This document shows, one piece after another, positions 1-10,590 of a DNA stretch of 64,000 nucleotides (position 1 is its first letter; each line of letters begins with the position of its first letter). Made by a program: the position numbers and the translations under genes. The stretch comes from Alphaproteobacteria bacterium (lineage in GTDB: Bacteria; Pseudomonadota; Alphaproteobacteria; UBA8317). The DNA lies in contig JAYPQH010000037.1 of NCBI GenBank assembly GCA_038131935.1, forward strand, positions 32,001-96,000, written 5' to 3'. Below the pieces are notes generated by a model that had not been told where the DNA came from, searched no databases, and saw only the letters and a program-made list of their open reading frames with translations.

Positions 1-840
1 CATATAAGAAAATCATCACCAGAACCAGTGTAAAACATCGTCACCATCACCACCTCTGATGATATCATCACCATCTTTACTGCCAAAAATTATATCCTCA
101 CCCAAGCCACCAGTTATAATGTCATCGCTGAATAAGCCTGTAAGAATATTATTCTGATCTTTCATCGCTTACTAATTTGGTTATGAGGCCAATGTTAAAT
201 GATTGCCCATACCAGCGTGATTAGTAGAAATAAGATAATGAACCTAAAGAAGCACTTTGGGAAACTCTCCAAGGTTAAAGGAATCTGGTTAGGGATAACG
301 TTATCACCATTCAGTATTAAGTTTTAGCCGAAATGGTGTGTTGGAAGTGATGCATCAGAAAGACTGGAAAACATAAGTGTATACTAATAAGATCTTAAGA
401 TAGTGCGCTCAATACCATCCAAATAATATTTTCCATTAAGAGCAGTAACGGTAATATTATGTCTTGTGGTCATCATCCTGATGTTCCTTAACGCAATTTT
501 TGGGTATGATCGAAAATCTAGATCTTATTAAATCTGTGACTTCAAGTAAGCATATGAAGGCAGTTTTCCTATCTCGATATAAATGTTTGTCACATCACTG
601 AGCATTTGAGATTAAAAAACCCCAACTATTTTAAAATGGTTCATCACCCTCTTCCAGCTTGCAAACAGGCGCGATAGTCTGCAGCGTTAACACCCCAGTT
701 AATTTGTATTTCCTTAGGCTTAATTTGGCTATTCAAGAGTAGGTATGCTCAGAGAGGCGATGCAACAAAGGTGCCAGTAATATACCAGGTCAACTTTGAA
801 TTATTTAGAGATAAGTGGAAGTTGTTGATAGGATTTTGAA
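1..840 (-). CDS. RTX/hemolysin-type Ca-binding repeat protein with a cupredoxin-like module (runs off the window edge; heavily frameshifted; 5' end uncertain)
   Basis: Reverse strand of 1-160 reads ..NNILTGLFSDDIITGGLGEDIIFGSKDGDDIIRGGDGDDVL..TGSGDDFL (GGxGxDxI nonapeptides). 200-450 reads VTALNGKYYLDGIER..YTYVF.LSDAS..YF.TNHAGMGN across frameshifts. Confidence 0.6.
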
Positions 841-999
841 CCTATTGACCCTATCATTACGAATGATGCCTAGCCTATCCACAACAGTGGCTTTCCCCGC
901 TATGGCGACGATGAAAACAACTCTAATAAGAACCTCCTGAGCTAAAATATTTTCTAGGGGATTGGGTCTTGCTCAAGTTCCCATCAAGAAGTTTCTAAC

Positions 1000-2292
1000 C
1001 AAGGATAATCCATGACTTCTCTTGCTTGTATCTTCCACCAGAGCAATGGTCTGGAAACCAAGACAATGTCCACGATACGGCATGTGCCAGCTTTCATGGA
1101 TCTCACCACAACCTCCCGCGTCCATAAATTATCTGTGGCAGTCATCACTTGGTTAACCATGCAAAAAGCGTACAACCGACTCTTACCCGCCACGGATTCT
1201 TTTTCAACTGCTGCCATCAATGTGCAAACACGCTGATGTTGGATTATCATTGGCTGTGCGAGCCACTGGGTCTCAGTGCTTGTGTTATTTGACCGTTTTC
1301 AAGGGCAAATACAGTGCTTGCGCACTTTGGGCTTCTAGCATTGGTCTTTGTTGGTCTGTAGTATTTTATCAATTTTTGATTTTTGTCTGACTTTGGGGGC
1401 GTTTGAGACAATTTCTAAGGTTTTTAATAATCTCTGACGAATGGCTGTCCAGCCCTCTCTCACAACTTTTATGGCCTGGTCTCTTTTGCCTATCGCCAAC
1501 AAACATTTGACCAATCCAGCTGCTGCTGGAATGATCTGAGACGTCATGGAGCCTGGGAAAATACCAAGCTTGGTGGAACTAAGGTCTCTTTATAGCCACG
1601 CGCAAGTTCTACTTTCAACATAGCCCAGTTTCCTATTACCAACGACTGGGTCAAAGTGACTTTCTTTGATCTGAGCGCCATGACTCCCATGGCCTTCCCA
1701 GTTTCTTTGTAGCAACTTCAAGTTGAGAAGAGGTTCAAGCAATTCCTTTGATCGGTCTCCGAGAGTAAATGCTTATGGGCCAGCCTGGCGCTGACTGATC
1801 ATCTGGCTCGACTGGTGCGCCCATCCAACAACCCTCTTTGAAAGCCAGCAAGCCTAGTTTCGATGACTGAGCCACATCTGCCAAAACTTCTGTGCTTGTT
1901 GATGATTGCCTGCTGACGCAGCACGCAAGAATAGGGGCGGTGAGCAGTGGGCGGTCTAATACCGCGTCCGCTTTGCGTAAAAGCAATGCGCCGATCGGTA
2001 AATGTCCATCTTCAAGTTCGATAAGCGCTTTTTCAATGAGTGCGAGTCCTTTTTGGTTTTTCTTGAGACCATTTATCTGTCCGCAAAAACGTGGAGCCAT
2101 GACGAGCTTGTGAACAGTGATAGGATGAATCCAAAATAGAATGCCCGTAATAATGAAAAAGCATGAGCATGCTGGCGCTACGCGTCTACAATGATAACCG
2201 CGTAGTCAATTGCAACATGTCCTGATTGCTCCAAGGAGCCAGACCAAGAGCTTTACGCAAGGCCAGCAAAAACAAAACAGAATCTTAGCATG
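1000..2292 (-). CDS. hemY: HemY-like TPR protein (heme biosynthesis associated), many apparent frameshifts; boundaries approximate
   Basis: Fragments: hydrophobic N-terminus MLRFCFVFAGL.., KNQKGLALIEKALIELEDG, IIPAAAGLVKCLLAIGKRDQAIKVVREGW, RVCTLMAAVE and a C-terminal GGCGEIHESW..HCLGFQTI Cys motif. Position matches the alphaproteobacterial hemC-hemD-COG4223-hemY operon. Confidence 0.7.
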
Positions 2293-3430
2293 ATATTAAT
2301 TCTTTCTGCCGCGTTGGAATGTATTGATGATTTCAAGGCTTCAACCATGAGGCGGATTCTCCGATGAAATGGGTTCCAAAACAGCTTGCGCTTGCTCGTT
2401 AAGGTGGATAACCCAATAAATAATCTTGCGAGAAGCCGCGTACAGAGCATTTCCATGTGAAACGATGAAGCATCAAGTCCTTCAGCGGCATCAATTCTTC
2501 CGGATGGTTGGTGGAGTGAACTGGGCCGAATGCATGATACTGACATCAAGCCCTTACTAGTCCCAGCACCTTTGCTTCATGGAGTATTAACGGCAATAAT
2601 TCTAAAATGCTGTAAATATGCAGAGGCAAAGGTTTCAAAGCCATCCTTGGCACGTTGTCACCGCAGCTGTAAGTTTAGGGCCTTGTCGAGATAGGAGTTC
2701 ATTTAGTTCTGCACTGCAAAAGGGTGTTCACCGAGAATGGCAACGCATATGGCAAGGTCAACACGATTGGCATCAGTTGTGCTGAGACGTGCCAACTGTG
2801 AATTCATCTCGTTTAAATCCATTGTTATAAGCGTCGAGATTGTATCTGAGCCTGATTGCGTGTCGTTTCCAAGTTTGTGGGCCAGTTGAGAAACATCCGT
2901 TTTCAATGACGTGCATATTGCGCCTGTAATTTTGAATGATCACGGATGTTACTTAAATTTGCTGGGTCTGCAATTTCCAGATTCGTCTACCCGCGCTTAA
3001 GCTGGTAACCTTTTGCTGAGAGTTCCTCTAAACGATTAGACAAGTCTAAATGGTTGTCGTAAGGAAGCTGATTTTTTGACGTGAAGTTTTAAGATCTGTC
3101 TTTCTAGGTCGCGAAATATTATTTTCCACTGATCCAATTTTTTTTTTCTATACTGATTTATCTGGGACTTTAGGGCGTTAATTTGTTCATCCACATCTTG
3201 TGATCCTAAAAACCTAATGGATGATTCCGTGGGTTCCAAACCAAAATGATGTATGAGTGAGAGGGCGTCAATAAGACTGACAGCACCAGATAAAAATATT
3301 CCGATTGCTCAATTGAAGAAAATGGCCAACTAGTAGGGGTTGTTTGGCGACATGGTGAAGAAGCATCCTCAATTGGATTTTGAAAACTACAAGGTTGTGC
3401 CTTCTTCGTTTGAACTTTCTCAATCCACAG
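2285..3430 (-). CDS. COG4223 / mitofilin (Mic60)-like inner-membrane coiled-coil protein, frameshifted; boundaries approximate
   Basis: Coiled-coil fragments (QDVDEQINALKSQINQ; LNEMNSQLARL), an LAI..A..GEHPF motif and a hydrophobic stretch near 3270-3310. It lies between hemD and hemY. Confidence 0.55.
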
Positions 3431-3479
3431 AGGGCCCCTTGTGGTGGTGGGTGATGAGAAGATGTGACGTTATGGAAAC

Positions 3480-4183
3480 TTGCCAGTCTTTTCAAGAAAG
3501 CTATCAACTATCTTGTAATGCGACAATTTCCGTGTTTTATTGATCAATGCTGATGCGGTTGATAGCTGAGGTGGTCTGCATCAGGGGTGATATGCAGGCA
3601 GTATGGATATTGTTTGTTTCTAGTTGATGCATGGGCTGAAAATAGCCTTGCAATATTTGCAGAAGAAGGATAACATTATCTGGCTGTCGCCAAAGCTTTC
3701 TTCCCAATCTGTTGGAATTTTTCTGATTGTTTTGGGCTCTATAACAAACGACCCTGCTGGTGTGCGGCAAATGCTTCAGATCTGAAAATCAAGGTGGAGC
3801 ATCTTGTCCAGACAGAAATAGTACTCTGATGATTTGTGTCTTTTTGTAATGATTGAAGGTTGTTCTGGTATTGAGCTCCTGTTATGGCCAATGCGACAGC
3901 CAAGATCCTTGGGAGTTGTTACAGTTCGTTCGTCGACCAACGACATGAAACACAGGCTCAGGAGGCAACTGTGCCAATGATCTCGCCTAAGCGAAACCGT
4001 AAGACATTTTTCAGAGGAAATAATGATCTCAGAAAATGGCCAACATGATATGTTTGCGTAACGCTTCTATGGCGCTACGATAGGTGTATGGTAGAAATGG
4101 TAATCATGACGCTGCGCAATCATACGCCAGCACTTCAGCACTTTCGTGCGGGCGTAGTGATATGACAGCGTTGAGTCATGGAA
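3480..4183 (-). CDS. hemD: Uroporphyrinogen-III synthase, frameshifted; boundaries approximate
   Basis: Fragments ..IT(R)PHESAEVLA, VVGRRT, LSGQD, SRVVCYRAQ, HTACISP. Directly downstream of hemC. Confidence 0.6.
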
Positions 4184-5078
4184 GTTCCAAAACTCATCCT
4201 ATATGACCAAGCAATTCTTTGCTAATTCCGTTCCCAACATTTCAGCATCTGATGCAGAGGCGCCACTTTAAAGAAAAACCTTCTTGCTGCCAACACAGCG
4301 ACAGCTCACCACGCAACAAAAATTTCGCCCTCGTAGAAGGTGGCGTTTCCAAATTGGGGTCTGACAAGAACCATCTAACTTTTCTTGAGAAAGCACGCCC
4401 AGCGCTGACACAAACGACAGTTGATGCTTCATCATGTAAGGGCGTTAGAAAGCCATCGATTTATCATCATCCGCGGCATTGATACTCAACAGCGCCTTGC
4501 GCTACAGCAGGAAGCTACTTCCATACGCTGACGTGTTGCCAATGTTCATGCCTCAATCTATTTAGGCCATGCGTAAGAAATGTCGCATCAGCGATGCCTT
4601 CTGAGTTTTTGAAGGCGGGTTTGTACATTACCTCGAAGCCAACATTTGGATGTCAGATTTTAGATGTCGTAATTGCGCAGCTCTTTCTAAACTGATGAGT
4701 GTGCCCATAACAGAGCCAAGTGGTAAGGGGCTTGAATAGACTCATAAGGTCCTAAAAGACTGACATCTTCGACGGCTCCACGCGCTAAGAGAAATCGTTA
4801 CAAGATCTGGTGTAAAATGCGGCAACATCTTCATCGAATGTACGGCAAACATCGATGTCACCCTATAGAGAGCCTCTTCTAACTCCTTGGGTGAAAAGGC
4901 CTTGCCACCAATTTCTAAAGAGGTTTGTCTTGGATCGGCTGCCGGTTGTGTGGAAGGTCTGAATGATAAACTTGTTCATCAGTCCAGCCATGAGCAAGGA
5001 GCACCCATTTTTCTACATCGTAAGCAGCCAAGGCAAGGGCGAACCTCTTGTCCTGATCCGCAATATGGTTGAGCTCAT
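4180..5078 (-). CDS. hemC: Hydroxymethylbilane synthase (porphobilinogen deaminase), frameshifted
   Basis: Reverse strand fragments MSSTILRIRTRGSPL.., IQDKPL.EIGGK..KELEEAL..DID.AVHSM, and LDGSCQTPI (cofactor-binding Cys). Confidence 0.85.
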
Positions 5079-5219
5079 TCAGTCTTACTCCTGTCAATTA
5101 TTCAGACACCTCCTTTGCAATGGATGTGACCAATCGAGTGTTTGATTATCACCAATTGTTTCATACTGACTAAAGCTGAAGTCCATTTGTAGCAAAACTT
5201 TGAGTTTGTAAGACGCTTT

Positions 5220-6240
5220 ATGTTGGTTTTGGGTATTGAAACAAGTTGTGATGAAACCGCTGTAGCCTTTGGTCGAGGGTAATCCACCTGGTCCTGCCGA
5301 ATTATCAACGAACAGCTTTATACACAGCTTATTGAACATCAGGATTTTCAGGGGTTGTCCCAGAGATCGCGGCGCTGGGTACATCTTGAACGGCTTGATG
5401 CCCTGACCTGAGACTTGTTTGAAAACAACCTCAGTAGATTGGGGTGATATAGACGCTATAGCCGCAACGGCAGGCCAGGGTCTTATCGGGGGGTATTGGT
5501 GGTCTCATGTATGCAAAGGCCTAGCGCAGGCGTGGGTCTACTATTCGGTTGCAAGTAATCATTTGAAGCCCATGGGTTTGACAGCGCGTCGGAGTCATGG
5601 CGGCGCTTGCCTTATTGGCTTTTTTGGTTGGTTTCTGCGGTCAGATCATACAAGCTCGTGATGTTGATGATTGTCCAAATAGGTGGAAAACTACTGACGA
5701 TGCCCTGGGGTGAGGCATCTGATAAAGCAAGATGATGGGGCTTTTGGGGATGCCAGGTGGCCCAAAAGCAGAAAATCGGCGTTAAACGGGGATCCAAAGG
5801 CCTTTGAACTGCCAAGGCCATTGCTAAAAACAGGACATGACTTTTCTTTCAGGTTTGAAAACGGGCTGTGTGCAGGCATTTGAGTCTGTAGTGAGATTGA
5901 AGCGAGCAGAGCATGGCAGATCTAGCCTGCGTCATTTCAAGATGCCCGGGTGATTGTCAGAGTGGTGCTAGAGCGGGCGCTTGAGGAGCATGGGAAAGCA
6001 TTCTGACGTTGGTCGTTGCTGAGGTGCTGCCTGTAATCACATTTGCGAACAAGATTGGAGCAATTGGTACAAGCACATGAAGTTTCTCTTATCTGTCCTC
6101 CCTGATGTCGCTTTGCTCTGATAATGCAGCCATGATAGCTTGGGCAGGAACCAGATGTTGTCACGCGGCCATCATGATGCGCCAGACGTACTGGCAAAGC
6201 CGTTTGGCCAGTTGTTATCTTCCTCGAAGTATACGTGATT
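5220..6240 (+). CDS. tsaD: tRNA N6-threonylcarbamoyltransferase TsaD, frameshifted; 3' end approximate
   Basis: ATG at 5220 gives MLVLGIETSCDETAVA. Later fragments DIDAIAATAGQGLIGG, NHL..H, GEA.DK and DNAAMIAWAG (6116-6149). Confidence 0.9.
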
Positions 6241-6283
6241 GATGCAACAATAGTGCCAGCTTGTTAGGGCTTGTGATCCAGCT

Positions 6284-7239
6284 ATGACAGAGAAGAATGC
6301 ATGTTGTAGGTGCTGGGGCTTCTGGGGTACAGCATTAGCTAATCACTTTGCCAAGTCTATGAAGACATCACTTCCAGGTGCAATAAAATACATGTTAGCT
6401 GAAATGGTCTAACGACAAAAGAGAGTCCGAGGTTGCCAGGTGTTACCCTCCATGAGCAATTGAAACTTGTCGATGCGTTTGTTGAGGCTGACATTATCTG
6501 TTTTGCATTACCATTCTGTCTTGCAAGAATTCCTCCAAACAGCACCTTGTCTATAGACCTTTTTGGTTGTGGCATCGAAAGGTATTACGGAAGATGGTTT
6601 GTTGGTCCCAGATGTTCTGAACAAAACGGGATTCTGGCCAATGGCTTTTACTATCAGGACCTAGTTTTGCTCGTGATTTGGCACATAGTCGTCAGCGGCT
6701 GTTACATTGGCTGGTCACGGTTTGCATCAACAGGGAGGCCTTGGCTCATTGTTTACTAATACGCAATTACGTGTTTATCCGATAGTGATATGCAGAGTTG
6801 CGTTGGGCGGTGCGGTGAAAATGTTATGGCCATGGCATGTGGTGTTGCGCGTGGGGGTGGTTTAGGTGAGTCAGCTGTTGCTGCGGTGGCGGCAATGGGG
6901 TTCGCTGAAATAAGAAGACTCTTTATGACGTCATTGGCGCGGGCCATCTACCATGATGGGGCTCTCAGCTTTGGCGATCTTTTTAACCGCTTCTTCCCCT
7001 TCCCCGTAAACACTCAGTTTGGGATGGCATTGGGTTCTGGTAAGACCGTTGACCAAGCCATGATATCTGTTTTTGGTATTGTTGAAGGGCGGGCGAGTAT
7101 TAACGGCGTCCTTGCCTTAGCAGAAAAATATGACTTGGATTTGCCTATTACTTCAGGTTTAAGAGATTTGTTGCTTGCGAAATGTTCTGTGCAAGAGCTG
7201 TTGGATAGCTTTCGTGCGCGGCCAATGACAAGGGAATAG
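6284..7239 (+). CDS. gpsA: NAD(P)H-dependent glycerol-3-phosphate dehydrogenase, frameshifted
   Basis: VVGAGA.GTALA Rossmann motif at ~6303, AVKNVMAMACG, GFAEIRRL, VEG, DLPIT..RARPMTRE*. Follows tsaD as is typical. Confidence 0.88.
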
Positions 7240-7343
7240 AGATGTACATAATGATGGTAGAGGGTTTCCCGATCATGTAAATGTACGTAAATTCCCCAAA
7301 AACAAGATGCCAAAAATGTAACAATGGATATGATAAGAGGAAA

Positions 7344-9564
7344 ATGAGCATGGAATCATCATCACAAAGTGATATTATTTACACCATCGTAGACGAAGCC
7401 CCCGAGCTTGCTAGTGCGTCTTTGCTGCCGATCATACGGAGCTTTGCGCAAGCTGCTGGGGTACGAGTAGGTACAAAGGATATATCTCTGGCAGGGCGTA
7501 TTTTGGCTGCATTTTCCGACCGGCTACCTGATGATCAGAAGCATTCAGATGACTTGGCTGAATTGGGTGCTTTGGTAAAAACCCCGCATGCTAATGTCAT
7601 TAAGTTGCCGAATATTTCTGCATCAGTTCCACAGTTGGTGGCTGCAGTTGAAGAGCTTCAGGCGCAAGGTTACGCGATTCCCGATTATCCCCACGAGCCG
7701 AGCAACGATGAGGAAAAAGAGATCAGGGCCATTTATGATGGTATCAAAGGATCAGCTGTAAACCCTGTCCTTCGAGAAGGTAATTCGGATCGGCGTGCCG
7801 CAAAAGCTGTGAAAAATTATGCGATGAGTAACCCTCATTCAATGGGTGTTTGGTCGAGAGATTCTAAAACACATGTTTCATCCATGACGGGGAATGATTT
7901 TTTCTCCAATGAAAAATCGGCCACCATTTCAGCGTCGCAAGCAGGATCTGCACATATTGAATTCATCTCGTCTGACGGCCAAACAGAGATCCTGAAAAAA
8001 GGGCTTAATGTTGGCAGAAGGAACAGTTGTTGATGCTACATTTATGTCGGTCAAAGCATTGCGTACATTTCTTGAAGAACAAATTGAAGATACGAGAGCA
8101 GGGGGGATCTTGTTTTCGCTGCATTTGAAGGCAACCATGATGAAGGTCTCTGATCCCATTATATTCGGTCATGCTGTAGAGGTATTTTTTGCGGAAGTGT
8201 TCAGCAAACATGGTGAGAAGTTGCGTGAGCTTGGGGTCAATCCAAATTCAGGCCTTGCGGATGTTTTAGCACGTGTGGCTGAGTATCAAGATATAAGTGC
8301 AGATTTTGCTGATACCTTATCTAAGCAGCCACCCATGTATATGGTAAATTCTGATAAGGGTATCACCAATTTGCATGTTCCTTCAGATGTTATCATTGAT
8401 GCATCTATGCCGGCTGTTATTCGTGCTGGCGGAAAAGGGTGGGGACCAGATGGTCAAGAGGGCGATACCAAATGTGTTATCCCTGATAATAGTTATGCAC
8501 CTGTCTATGACGAAGCGATTGCATATTTTAAGCAGACCGGTGCCTTAGATCCTACGAGCTGTGGGACCGTTGGCAATGTAGGTTTGATGGCTCAGAAAGC
8601 TGAGGAATATGGCTCACATCCGACAACATTTGAAATGAAAGCCGATGGGGAAGTGCGTTATGTCCTTGCCAACGGAGAGGTTCTACATAGTCATAAAGTT
8701 GAAAAAGGTGATATCTGGAGAGCTTGTTCTACCAACAAAGCACCGATCTTAGACTGGGTACAATTGGCAATCGACCGTAAACGGGCAACCGGAAGTCAGG
8801 CTATTTTTTGGTTGGATAAAAACCGTGCCCATGACGCACAACTGATACCGTTGGTAGAGGAGATTCTTGAAGCAGAAGGGTTGTCTGATGCATTTCTCAT
8901 CTTACCCCCGCGTGAGGCCACAAGACTAACATTGGAAACCATTCGTGAAGGCAAAGATAGCATTGCCATTACAGGAAATGTATTGCGTGATTACTTAACA
9001 GATTTGTTCCCTATTCTAGAGTTGGGTACATCCGCAAAAATGTTATCGATTGTGAAGCTCATGAATGGCGGTGGTTTGTTTGAAACAGGTGCAGGTGGTT
9101 CTGCACCCAAGCATGTTCAGCAACTTGTTGAAGAAAACCATCTTCGTTGGGATTCTTTGGGCGAATTCTGTGCCCTTGGCGAGTCCTTTAAGTTTCTGGC
9201 AAACATCAAAAACAATAAAAAAGCTGCCATATTGGGTGCAGCCATTGATGTTGCGACCCAGGGCATTTTAGATGAAAATCATTCGCCGCAGCGTCGTGTT
9301 GGCCAACCTGATAACCGGACGAGTCATTTTTATTTTGCAAAATACTGGGCGCAGGCACTAGCTGAGCAAAATGATGATGAAGAGCTTTCTGCACATTTTA
9401 CCCCCATCGCTCAGGCATTGGTCGACAATGAGGAGCAAATTCTCCAGGAGCTTCTTGGTGCGCAAGGGGTGGCTGTTGATTTGGGTGGATATTATCATAC
9501 TTCGCCTGATAAAACCGCTGAAGTGATGCGTCCAAGCGCGTTGTTCAATCAAATTATTTCTTAA
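7344..9564 (+). CDS. icd: Monomeric NADP-dependent isocitrate dehydrogenase (one frameshift near the A6 run at 7995-8000)
   Basis: [97 protein letters not shown]. ORFs 7281-8033 and 8008-9564 join to about 740 aa. Confidence 0.95.
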
Positions 9565-9632
9565 CGTGCTCGTGGATATGAAACGCATAGACTAAGGCTA
9601 TGCGTTTCATCAAAAATGAGGGTGAACATTCA

Positions 9633-10079
9633 ATGGATAGATTTTGTTATTGGGTATTTAAATCTGAACCTGGAACTTGGTCATGGGAGCAGCAATGCGA
9701 TCGCGGGGATGAAGGTGAGGGTTGGGATGGTGTGCGTAACCATCAAGCTTCTAACAATATGAAGGCGATGCATGTTGGGGATCTAGGATTTTTTTATCAT
9801 TCCGTTAATGAAAAAAGAATTGTTGGTGTCGTTGATGTCATTGAAACCTACCATCCTGATCCAACAGACGAGACAGGAAAATGGGGCATGGTCCGGTTAC
9901 GGGCCTTAAAAACAGTTCCAGAGCCTGTAAGTTTAGCTGATATCAAAGCAAACCCTGCTCTAGATGGGCTGGCACTCATCAAACAATCGAGGTTATCGGT
10001 TGTCCCTGTAGCAGACCATCATTGGCAGGAGATCTGTCGCATGGCCAAGTTAAATCCTGTGCCCAAAATTGACCGATAA
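9633..10079 (+). CDS. EVE domain (PUA-like) protein
   Basis: YWVFKSEP..WDGVRNHQA.NNMKAM.VGD..FFYHS..QSRLSV motifs. Confidence 0.93.
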   Translation: MDRFCYWVFKSEPGTWSWEQQCDRGDEGEGWDGVRNHQASNNMKAMHVGDLGFFYHSVNEKRIVGVVDVIETYHPDPTDETGKWGMVRLRALKTVPEPVSLADIKANPALDGLALIKQSRLSVVPVADHHWQEICRMAKLNPVPKIDR

Positions 10080-10485
10080 GATGGACCTCGATCCTGAAGA
10101 TGCTCTGCCCAAAAGCGGCATGGTTTTGGCACATATTGAAGATTTAGCTCAGCAGCGTACGATGAGCTTGGAATTCCGTGTTGATGAACGTCTAGGTCGT
10201 CTGATTTTGGTATATCATGATGGTGAAGTCACTTGTTTCATCAACAAATGTCCTCATGCACGGGCACCCCTAGATTGGATTGGAGGGAGATGTCTTGATC
10301 CTACGGGGCGCTACCTTCAATGTGCAGTTCATGGCGCGTTATTTCGTATGTCAGATGGCTATTGCGTTAAGGGACCGTGTTATGGGGACAATCTTGAAAG
10401 CTTTCCCGTGATTGTTGAAGATAGTGTTGTGCTGGCTGCGAGAGGTGATGGTTCAGACCGCACGTATAAGCCGTTGGATGAATAG
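10069..10485 (+). CDS. Rieske [2Fe-2S] ferredoxin-type protein
   Basis: CPH...CAVHGALF..DG.C..GPC ligand motifs. Confidence 0.9.
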   Translation: MTDKMDLDPEDALPKSGMVLAHIEDLAQQRTMSLEFRVDERLGRLILVYHDGEVTCFINKCPHARAPLDWIGGRCLDPTGRYLQCAVHGALFRMSDGYCVKGPCYGDNLESFPVIVEDSVVLAARGDGSDRTYKPLDE

Positions 10486-10590
10486 CCGACAGGCGCATGG
10501 TTTGGTAGGTAGCAAGGAATGAACAGATAATCGCCCACACAGAAACCAACAAAATGAAGAGATAGATGGGCTTGGAGGCAGGAGAAAAAA

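Noticed and set aside
690-800. Minus-strand 'TGTFVASP' resembling the subtilisin (S8) GTSxAxP motif upstream of the RTX repeats
   Set aside because: The catalytic Ser is not present as read. There is no room for a full S8 domain before hemY ends (~1000), and the region is too error-rich.
984-7351. Many short ORFs (60-120 aa) on both strands as novel small proteins
   Set aside because: They are fragments or shadows of frameshifted hemY, COG4223, hemD, hemC, tsaD and gpsA.
7990-8010. Programmed ribosomal frameshift in icd at GAAAAAAGGG
   Set aside because: It resembles an A-AAA-AAG slippery site, but monomeric IDH is not known to be recoded and similar homopolymer breaks occur across the window. 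Sequencing error is simpler.
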